IMG/VR virus record: IMGVR_UViG_3300023235_001725
Origin: a virus
Taxonomy: Duplodnaviria; Caudoviricetes
Strand: one strand, 5' to 3'
Length of the DNA: 64,000 nt
In this document: piece by piece, positions 23,528 to 30,956 of the stretch
Position numbering within the stretch: position 1 is the first letter of the stretch
How the letters are laid out: each line of letters starts with the position of its first letter
Position numbers and translations under genes: made by a program
Notes under the pieces: generated by a model
Seen by the model: the letters and a program-made list of their open reading frames with translations, nothing else
What the model was told of the DNA's origin: nothing
The model's database searches: none

Positions 23528-23947
23528 TCATGCGGCTTCTTTACAATTACAACTCTTGAGAGTTGGTTGATTCGTAAATTCTTTGAAAGCAAGTGGTAGA
23601 CTAGATAACCAACGGGCAGATTCTTTCCCTGGTTCTACGGTAATAGACGTGAACTGGTTGTCGAGGTCAGGCTCCTGGAAGGAACTGAAATTAATACCTT
23701 TTTGCGTGAGTTTGTCTCGGAGCTCGATGAGTTCTTGCTCGTCTTTGACTGATAAGAATCCTAAATATGGATTCGATAACCATTTTTCATAAATGGCTGT
23801 GTATTCTTGATTGAATACGTGGAATGAATGCATTCCTTGAGTTGCCTGCGCTCCAGGAGCGAGGTCTCGTCTTACGACGATGTAAAGCTTTAAGTTTTTC
23901 TTCTCTGTAGAAGGGTGTACTTACTGGTTGTCTAATGCTTTTTTCAT
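23528..23947 (-). CDS. PTH2-like peptidyl-tRNA hydrolase with an in-frame TAA at codon 9 (23921-23923)
   Basis: Frame from ATG 23947: MKKALDNQ*VHPSTEKKNLKLYIVVRRDLAPGAQATQGMHS...FQEPDLDNQFTSITVEP. The conserved KLYIVVRxDL..G..A.Q..H block lies upstream of the ORF-track Met. Confidence 0.75.
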
Positions 23948-24051
23948 GACTCTTATTTTTTGTTTGTTTCTGAACCTACTTCTTCAACTTCCGTGCCATC
24001 TGATATTAGATGTCATTTTGTCAGGCTGTAGAGTTGGCTCTCAATACAATC

Positions 24052-24077
24052 TACGACAAAGATATAAAAAAGTTTCA
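24052..24077 (-). promoter_or_regulatory. ECF-type promoter TGAAAC-N16-CGTA with an embedded sigma-A -7 box (TATCTTTG)
   Basis: Exact spacing; upstream of the PTH2/tRNA-mimic cluster. Confidence 0.7.
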
Positions 24078-24083
24078 CTTATT

Positions 24084-24317
24084 TCAATCTTTTTTTGAAA
24101 ATAAATCATCCGACAGCCCTGAGAAGTCCATTCCCTTTGTGTTTTCAGAGATTTCATCATTACTCTCAAATTCTGTATTTATTGCAACTCCTCTTCTTTT
24201 TTTATACTCGGAACGGACTCTTTTCGTCAGTGTTGTCTGCTCCTAGTCCGCTAACAAGTACCTGACAAAGGAAGCTGCAATACTGGCAGCAATGCGTCTT
24301 TGTTTTTTACCAATCAT
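24084..24317 (-). CDS. Possible 77-codon ORF interrupted by an in-frame TAG at 24243-24245
   Basis: Manual translation MIGKKQRRIAASIAASFVRYLLAD*EQTTLTKRVRSEYKKRRG...LFSKKD; fills an otherwise empty gap; no homology support. Confidence 0.35.
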
Positions 24318-24600
24318 AATTGCTTACCCCGTGAAGGAGTAGGAAGAATAACAACCATCCACCACCACTCTTATCTAGGGAGTATAGAGCGACTGCTCCT
24401 GCAATCAACCCCAAAGGAACTATGTTTTTCTTTAACACTTCCGCGAAAGATTTGTCGTTTTTCGCGCTTGCTTCTGCTTCATCTAGTGCCGCAGCGGTTT
24501 TTTTCCTCAAATCAACAACCGTAGTTGCCTCCGTTTTGAGATTTAATTCATTCAACGCTGATTCCAGCTCTTTGAATTTAGGTCTATTCTTTGCGCTCAT
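24307..24600 (-). CDS. Hypothetical protein with a hydrophobic C-terminus
   Basis: ORF coupled to its neighbours. Confidence 0.55.
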   Translation of the reverse strand: MSAKNRPKFKELESALNELNLKTEATTVVDLRKKTAAALDEAEASAKNDKSFAEVLKKNIVPLGLIAGAVALYSLDKSGGGWLLFFLLLHGVSNYDW

Positions 24601-25054
24601 TTGCTTTTTGTAGTAGGTGTAATGTTATGTCACTCCAGTTTGTAAATCTTTCATCGTGGCCATAATGGATGTGTTCACCACCGTAATCTGGCTGACCGTG
24701 TTCGTTTCCATCATCAACAAGCGCTGCTCCAGAGAGTCTTCCTTTGTAGGATGTAATCGTAAGTTCTTTTAGAAATGATTCCCCAAAGTGTTTTTGGACC
24801 CACATTGCTTTTCCTGTCCAACAGGCATTGTTTCGAATTGAAGGAGCTGTCAGAAATTTAATGTCGTAGTGGTCTTTAAGTTTTTCGTAAGCCTCCATAA
24901 ATCCAAACATAGGGTCAAGATTAATCCAGAAATCCAAATGTGAATGTGGGAACTGTTCATCAGGATGTCTTTTTCGCCACTCTGATGTACCTTTCGCAAA
25001 ATCAACTGCACAATGGTCCATGTCTATGTCTATGATTGGTCTTAAGTTTTTCAT
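24584..25054 (-). CDS. 5'(3')-deoxyribonucleotidase (NT5C-type HAD)
   Basis: IDIDMDHCAVDF, FLTAP, K..WVQKHFG and LVDD motifs. Confidence 0.85.
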   Translation of the reverse strand: MKNLRPIIDIDMDHCAVDFAKGTSEWRKRHPDEQFPHSHLDFWINLDPMFGFMEAYEKLKDHYDIKFLTAPSIRNNACWTGKAMWVQKHFGESFLKELTITSYKGRLSGAALVDDGNEHGQPDYGGEHIHYGHDERFTNWSDITLHLLQKANERKE

Positions 25055-25242
25055 ATAATTTTATTCACATTGCCAGGGTTTGAGCTCCTGGTAGATAGCG
25101 TTTGTTGGTAATTTTACTCTTCCTTCAAGGCTTCGTCTATTCTTTTTATTAATCTTTCAGCCTCATTGCCTCCATCATCCCAAGGCTGTATGAAGTTTGC
25201 ACAATCAATTAATAATTGTTTAATTTTATTGGTCATGCAGCG

Positions 25243-25452
25243 TTAGGTATCGATTCTCATTTTAGATAAAGACCTTGTTAAGTCTAAAGACGCTCTTTTT
25301 AAGGCTCCAGAAGTTTTGTCTCCTCTAATCCAGGAATGTTTGGGGTTTTTTTCAAAAAGGTGTTTATTTGAATCACTTTTTTTGAATTCTTTCAATCTTT
25401 TTAGAAATCTTTCTATTTCCGATTCAACTTCTTTTATATTTTCTATTCTCAT
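25243..25452 (-). CDS. Hypothetical protein
   Basis: ORF. Confidence 0.6.
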   Translation of the reverse strand: MRIENIKEVESEIERFLKRLKEFKKSDSNKHLFEKNPKHSWIRGDKTSGALKRASLDLTRSLSKMRIDT

Positions 25453-25506
25453 AATGAGGAAAAGTTTTTAGCTGATTGCAGCTTTAAAATAAATGCTAAG
25501 ATACAG

Positions 25507-25728
25507 TTAAGATTTTGTTTTTTCGTCACAGTCTGAGTGGTACTGTTGCTCGTCTTTCGGAGAAGTTTCTATTTGATATCTTAATAGTTTTTCCGCAACT
25601 GTTTTTAGATATTCAATTTCTTCTTCTCCCATTGCACAGCTTGCTTTCGTTTCTTGTAAGTGAGATTTAAGTCGTCTTGCAAATGTTTTGTCGTTTATTA
25701 TTCTGTTTTCTTTAATTGGATTTTCCAT
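25507..25728 (-). CDS. Hypothetical protein
   Basis: ORF; promoter motif upstream. Confidence 0.6.
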   Translation of the reverse strand: MENPIKENRIINDKTFARRLKSHLQETKASCAMGEEEIEYLKTVAEKLLRYQIETSPKDEQQYHSDCDEKTKS

Positions 25729-25743
25729 TTTGATTTTTATATA

Positions 25744-25769
25744 TACGGTAATATATAAAAAAAGTTACA
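25744..25769 (-). promoter_or_regulatory. ECF-type promoter TGTAAC-N16-CGTA
   Basis: Exact spacing. Confidence 0.7.
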
Positions 25770-25828
25770 TAAATCAATAGTTTGGAAACCACTATTTCTT
25801 TACAGGCTATTTATTAAAAACGAAATAC

Positions 25829-26098
25829 ATGAAAGCTTTTAAACAATTCTGGCGAGACCTTTTTACAAAAGATTTCTGGGACTTCACACTCTTGAGCAAG
25901 TCTAAAAAATGGAGACTTGTTCTTGTTACAGCACTTGTGACTTATGCCATTTTCTCATGCATTAAAGATTTTCCAAGTGTTGGTTGGAAAATAGGCGGCT
26001 CAGCAATAGCTGTTGGTTGGTGGTTTTTAAATGCTGCTCAGCTATACAGCACATATTACAAGGTTACATACAAGCTTAAAACGCAAGATAAAAAATGA
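25829..26098 (+). CDS. Two-TM membrane protein
   Basis: Two hydrophobic segments; ATGA-coupled to the next gene. Confidence 0.65.
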   Translation: MKAFKQFWRDLFTKDFWDFTLLSKSKKWRLVLVTALVTYAIFSCIKDFPSVGWKIGGSAIAVGWWFLNAAQLYSTYYKVTYKLKTQDKK

Positions 26099-26547
26099 GC
26101 AGAATCCTAAAGGACATGCTTACTGAGACCAGTAAAGGGCGGACAAAGTACAGCCAGGGTCGTATCTACTTGTTCGTTTCCTTTGGTGTTTTTTTTCTCT
26201 TGAATGTCATTTTAGCATTTTGTGCTATTACGAATTATACTCTAGAGGATAAAGACACACTTCTTGTGGTGTCTGAGAACTTGAGATGGGCTTTAGGTAC
26301 GTTTGGACTCTATGTTCTTGGCGGTAAAGGCATTGGTGCTTTTAGGGATAAACAAACTGGAATATCAAATGACTACCAGCACGAAGCTCAATACCCTAGC
26401 GGAGGTTATTATCCGCCATATGGAGGCCACTCGCACCCTGGGGGAGGGAAGCCGACCTTTGATGATGCTGACACATATCACGATGATTATTCAGACTCTC
26501 CTAATGAGGACGAGTATTATGCGCAGGACGATGAAGAGGTGGATTAA
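26095..26547 (+). CDS. Two-TM membrane protein with an acidic tail (holin-like topology)
   Basis: GRTKYSQGRIYL followed by two hydrophobic segments. Confidence 0.6.
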   Translation: MSRILKDMLTETSKGRTKYSQGRIYLFVSFGVFFLLNVILAFCAITNYTLEDKDTLLVVSENLRWALGTFGLYVLGGKGIGAFRDKQTGISNDYQHEAQYPSGGYYPPYGGHSHPGGGKPTFDDADTYHDDYSDSPNEDEYYAQDDEEVD

Positions 26548-26891
26548 ATTTTTCTACTAAGCGTTTTTTCCCAATCCGACTGGGCTTTTTTACGCTCCAC
26601 TAAGAAGTTGGCGCTAACTTCTTTTTCTTTACATTCAGTTAAAAAAGCATCCTCTATTGAAAGGTCAAACCTAAACCATTCTCTCCAATGATGATTGGCG
26701 GTTTTTGAAATATGCATCAACTGCTCAACCTCTTTGTAATTACAAGTGCTATAGTAGTTTATTAGATGAAGTTGGGTTGGGTTTCCAGTTTGAAGTTCTC
26801 CTAGCCTGGCTTTAGGGTGGTTAGATGTGTGTCCTATTTTATATAGGTCCGTATCTCCTTGTCGCACTAGATAAACATATCCTTTTCTCAT
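26544..26891 (-). CDS. T5orf172/GIY-YIG-domain protein
   Basis: GYVYLV...YKIGHTS...RLGELQTGNP motif. Confidence 0.8.
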   Translation of the reverse strand: MRKGYVYLVRQGDTDLYKIGHTSNHPKARLGELQTGNPTQLHLINYYSTCNYKEVEQLMHISKTANHHWREWFRFDLSIEDAFLTECKEKEVSANFLVERKKAQSDWEKTLSRKI

Positions 26892-26925
26892 AAAGAAGAA
26901 TACTCTACATCGATGTAAAAGTAAA

Positions 26926-26959
26926 GAAAACCCTGCCAAAATTAATCGACAGGGTTTTC
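26926..26959. terminator. Intrinsic terminator hairpin downstream of the TROVE locus
   Basis: GAAAACCCTG-N14-CAGGGTTTTC. Confidence 0.7.
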
Positions 26960-26974
26960 TAAAAGCTTTTAATC

Positions 26975-27050
26975 CTTGTGTGACCTAAGTGATTGGCATC
27001 CACCCGTAGGTGAACCGATGTGTTTTTCGGGGATACACGTTTGCCACAAG
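26975..27050 (-). ncRNA. Candidate structured RNA downstream of TROVE (possible Y-like RNA)
   Basis: End-pairing CTTGTG/CACAAG; inner GTATCC/GGATGC stem enclosing CCGA/TCGG and CACC-TACG-GGTG hairpins. Confidence 0.4.
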
Positions 27051-27062
27051 TACTATTATCCC

Positions 27063-28583
27063 TTATTCCTTAGTTGCAAGCTCAGCAAAATCAACATAAT
27101 TGTTGATAGTGTTGATAAGCGCTCTTTTGTCGACTTCTAGATTGTCAATGACATCAAAAATCTTTTCAGAGAATCCTCTTAGCGCGAATACGTTCTTCTC
27201 TGGGAACTGCATGCTTCCGCTTGCAGCCAAGTTGAACTCGTAAACTTTACAGTCCTGAGCACCGTACTTCTTCTTGTACGCTGCAAACTGAGTTTTTGGA
27301 GTATTGTACTCCATCCACGCTTGCATGTCCGAGAAGATGAATACACGGTCGTATTTCGCCTTCATCTTAACGAAGATGTCTTGGAAGTTCGTTCCGTGAC
27401 CAACCCTGTACTTGCCAACGTTGCCGTAGCCTTGGTTTGTATCAACAATCCAGTTTGCCATACCCATTACTGAGTCATTCACGTTAACTGGAAGGTACAT
27501 TGCGTGTGTTCCAAACGACATTACATCAGCATCACTAGCCTTGGCCATCATGGCTCCAAATAGAGCTGCCACTTTATTCCTGTAAGTTTTACCTCCAGCA
27601 ATTGGGCAATCCATAGAACCTGACAGGTCAATTACGACTGCAGTGTTTCCATCAAACTTTGGAATGTTAGAACAAGCTAGGTCTACGGCGGTGTTAAGCG
27701 CTCTTTGAACTTTCTTAGACTTTGTTCCAGTCAACACTGTAATCTCGTCGAGTGCAGTGATGTATCTGAATGGAAGAATCAGTGACTTCTTAATTCTTGC
27801 CTCTGTAGTCAACAGCTCGCATGCCTTGTTAAGAACCTCGTCAGAAGCATCTTGGATGATGTTTCTAAGGTTTCTTAGAAGAGCAAACTGTCCAATCTTA
27901 CCTGACATAACCAAGTCAGACCAAGCCTCAGCTTTGTTTGCGGCTTTCTCCTCAGAGGTCTTCGCTCCCTGGCCAGCTGCGGACAGCTTAGACTCGAAAG
28001 TGTTTTCACTCTTTAGGGTTCCAGCAACAAGCTCGGCAAGTGCCTTCTCGTTTCTAGCCGTTCCTTTTGGACGAACCAAGTTTACAACGTCAACAAGCGA
28101 TACTTCATTCTTGTCTCCTCTGTACTTGGCAAGCTGGTATGCATCGAACTTTCCGAAAGCTTTCTTGAAACCTTTCTTTAGCGCGTTTGGCAAAGATGCT
28201 TTCTTACCCTCTCTACCGAAGTAGTAGGACATAATCTCAGTCATGTCGTCTGGACGACGTACAATAGCTGCGTAAAACTCTTTAGCCCAGGCCTTACCTG
28301 AGGCGTGCTTAGCGATTTCACCCGCAAGTACGTGGGTGATAGAACGCATTCCAAACTCGTTACGGGCATAGACAGCCGCCTTTGCTGCGAACTCTGGGTC
28401 CACTTTGCTAAGAACGGATGTCAACTCCTTTATTTGGTCTCCTGCCTTCGAATAGAAGTCATCAGACACAAACGAGTTCAACAGAATCGTCACAAGCTCT
28501 AACTCTGGAGTCGACTTATAAGCCTCTCCTCCCGCTTTGTTGGTAGTCATTTCTACCTTTGATTTTTCGTTAAATTTTGACAT
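27063..28583 (-). CDS. Ro60-related TROVE-domain RNA-binding protein with C-terminal vWA domain
   Basis: NKAGGEAY, AKAAVYARNEFGMRS, ALLRNLRN, LPFRY and VVIDLSGSM motifs; start moved to MSKFN. Confidence 0.92.
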   Translation of the reverse strand: MSKFNEKSKVEMTTNKAGGEAYKSTPELELVTILLNSFVSDDFYSKAGDQIKELTSVLSKVDPEFAAKAAVYARNEFGMRSITHVLAGEIAKHASGKAWAKEFYAAIVRRPDDMTEIMSYYFGREGKKASLPNALKKGFKKAFGKFDAYQLAKYRGDKNEVSLVDVVNLVRPKGTARNEKALAELVAGTLKSENTFESKLSAAGQGAKTSEEKAANKAEAWSDLVMSGKIGQFALLRNLRNIIQDASDEVLNKACELLTTEARIKKSLILPFRYITALDEITVLTGTKSKKVQRALNTAVDLACSNIPKFDGNTAVVIDLSGSMDCPIAGGKTYRNKVAALFGAMMAKASDADVMSFGTHAMYLPVNVNDSVMGMANWIVDTNQGYGNVGKYRVGHGTNFQDIFVKMKAKYDRVFIFSDMQAWMEYNTPKTQFAAYKKKYGAQDCKVYEFNLAASGSMQFPEKNVFALRGFSEKIFDVIDNLEVDKRALINTINNYVDFAELATKE

Positions 28584-28686
28584 CTCGTCGTTGTTTATAA
28601 TTGTTGTTATTCTATTAATTCTTTGTTTTTGGCGCATAAAAAAAAAGCACCACATCTTTGCAGAGGGTGCTTTTTCGAAAAATATA

Positions 28687-29125
28687 ATGCCTTGGTCGGG
28701 TAATCCTGGAGAGAGTGGTTTTTCTATTTGTAGTTGAAGTAACTCATCTCCTTAACACCGTAAGGCAAATAACTGTTCGAGGTAAAATAGAGGGGGGTGA
28801 TAAGGTTGAAAGTTCTTTCTCTTTCGGTCATACGGTCTACCGTAATCGTGATTGTACTGTTCCAATCCGTCACCAGCTCATTAATGGCTGAAAATCCAAG
28901 TCTATCCTTGGTGTCTGGGTTTCTGTTTATGGTCTTTTCGAAACGGTCTTTCGACTATTCCAAAAAAGCCTGTTTGCTTGTTTGTTTATAGTTGAAGTAA
29001 CCCCTAGGAAACGTCAAAAACGTTCACACCTCTCAACACTCTGAAAGTCGTAAACTCTTGGTATATTTTGGAAAAAAATTGTTAAATGTGGAAATGAAGT
29101 AACTCTCTTTACCATTCTTACCTTA
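28687..29125 (-). ncRNA. Three candidate structured RNAs sharing GTTACTTCA in the TROVE leader
   Basis: Plus-strand TGAAGTAAC at about 28735, 28993 and 29095, each in a putative bulged stem; sigma-A -7 box TATATTTG at 29222-29229. Confidence 0.45.
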
Positions 29126-29380
29126 AGTTGTATTTCAATATGGCAATCGGAACCGTTGTTCCTACCAGTGAAATTAAATAGGGACAAATTTTAGAAACTC
29201 GTCTCTCGTTCAATCGCTCTGCAAATATAATTATGTTTTTGGAAACCACAAGCATAATTGCAAAAAAAATATACTTTTCTTATAACTATCTGACTATTAG
29301 GGTTAAAAGATTACAGCGGTGGAATAATTTATGAGTCTTTAGATATTATCGTTATAGATTCATATTTATAGAAAAGAAAA

Positions 29381-29656
29381 GTGATGAGCGAGAAGCAAGA
29401 ACAACCAGATAGCGCACCTGATGCGCCACAAACTCCGCAGACTACGGAATTTCAAATAGAAGAATCGGGAGAAGTAAGCATGCTTGAAATGGCTTGCCTT
29501 ATCAACAGTATTTTAGATTATTATACAGACGAGTCTGAAATTGATGGCGATGATTGGAAAAAGAAGACAGGCGTTGTCAAGGGGTTTGTTCCAGAAAGCG
29601 TTGATAAAGAAGTTGAAAAAGCTTTTGTGGCTCAGTTGAGAAAGTTTCAAGACTGA
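29381..29656 (+). CDS. Acidic hypothetical protein
   Basis: ORF. Confidence 0.65.
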   Translation: MMSEKQEQPDSAPDAPQTPQTTEFQIEESGEVSMLEMACLINSILDYYTDESEIDGDDWKKKTGVVKGFVPESVDKEVEKAFVAQLRKFQD

Positions 29657-29659
29657 TGT

Positions 29660-30520
29660 ATGTTCGAAGATACTAATCTACACTTGTTTTTAGCAGCAAC
29701 TGTCCCAGCGTTAAGTTATTTGGGTTTTATCTACTTTTTTGGTCGAAAACTAATCAACTGGAAATCATCTATCATATATCTCCTTTTCGGATTTGTGTCC
29801 ATTTTTTTTGTAGAAATGATTCAGTTTATTTTCCCACATATTCAAGACTTAATGTTCGTGAATAAAGATTTGGTGGAGATTGATTTTAATACAATGCAAG
29901 TAAACTACTCTCCTACCGTGTGGAGTTGGGTGTGTTTAGCTTTCATTCAAATTGCTTTGCTAGAAGAAATTATTAAGGGGGCAGCTTTTAAACTTACTTC
30001 ACTGCCTAGACGTCACAAGCTACGGAAAGAGAAGGACTCTTTGTTCGCAATCATGTTTTATAGTTGTTGCGTGGCTGTGGGGTTTGCAATTTTTGAAAAT
30101 GTTACCTATGCCATGAGATTCCTTCCTGCTCAAGGAGATGTTGCTACTCAATATTTAATGTCTCAACGTAGTATTTTTTCAGTCACCTCACACATGATAG
30201 CAGGATTAATTATGGGCTATGGTTTTGCTGTAGGTAGCATTAAGTCTGGGTTTAGGAAGATTCTCTATCCCTTAATTGGTTTTTTTGGAGGAATGATGTA
30301 TCACGGGACTTTTGACTACTTACTAATAACTGCCGATAGCCACGAGTCGTTTGAACTGTTTAAAGGATACTTTATCCATCTGCCAACAACAATGTTGATG
30401 GTTATGAGTCTGGTGTTTACATTTCTATTGGGGTCGCATCTTCGCTCTTACTCGTTGCGGTATAATAGAGTTCATCGAAAACGAAAACTATCAACTCTAA
30501 AAATGAAAAGCTCTGATTAA
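29660..30520 (+). CDS. prsW: PrsW-family intramembrane metalloprotease
   Basis: Multi-TM; ALLEEIIKG, GFAIFEN, SHMIAG and HGTFD motifs. Confidence 0.85.
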   Translation: MFEDTNLHLFLAATVPALSYLGFIYFFGRKLINWKSSIIYLLFGFVSIFFVEMIQFIFPHIQDLMFVNKDLVEIDFNTMQVNYSPTVWSWVCLAFIQIALLEEIIKGAAFKLTSLPRRHKLRKEKDSLFAIMFYSCCVAVGFAIFENVTYAMRFLPAQGDVATQYLMSQRSIFSVTSHMIAGLIMGYGFAVGSIKSGFRKILYPLIGFFGGMMYHGTFDYLLITADSHESFELFKGYFIHLPTTMLMVMSLVFTFLLGSHLRSYSLRYNRVHRKRKLSTLKMKSSD

Positions 30521-30956
30521 GGTCTGAAAGAATAATGACACCGTCGTGGTTCTTTATAGAAAAGCGCGTGTTTATATCTAAGGTTAAGTCTCGAAACATC
30601 TTTCTAGGCTCTTCTCCTTCTTTGAGGGTGAAGTCTGCAAAAAAAGGATTTATTACTTCATTTTCGTGAGATACAACTATTTCTCTCCTGACTGTGATAT
30701 TAGAAACATCTTGAAAAAAAGACATATCCATAGCGGAGTAAACGGTGTTCACCACATAGTAATCCTCGCAAGTATAATTTTCAATAAAGTCCTTTATGTG
30801 AAACATTAAGTTCATTATCTCCGCTACAGTCACTCCTGGGTCGATAAATGTTTTCTCTGATAGATTTGCCAGTAAAAAGCTGGGTAGCTCATCGCCACCC
30901 AGCTTTACTGTCTGCCCGTCAAACTCTAGTACGTTATTCGGCTTTATTTTTAGCAT
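30417..30956 (-). CDS. Hypothetical protein; 104-bp convergent overlap with prsW
   Basis: ORF coupled to the Clp ATPase gene. Confidence 0.6.
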   Translation of the reverse strand: MLKIKPNNVLEFDGQTVKLGGDELPSFLLANLSEKTFIDPGVTVAEIMNLMFHIKDFIENYTCEDYYVVNTVYSAMDMSFFQDVSNITVRREIVVSHENEVINPFFADFTLKEGEEPRKMFRDLTLDINTRFSIKNHDGVIILSDLNQSFSFLELIVFVFDELYYTATSKSEDATPIEM

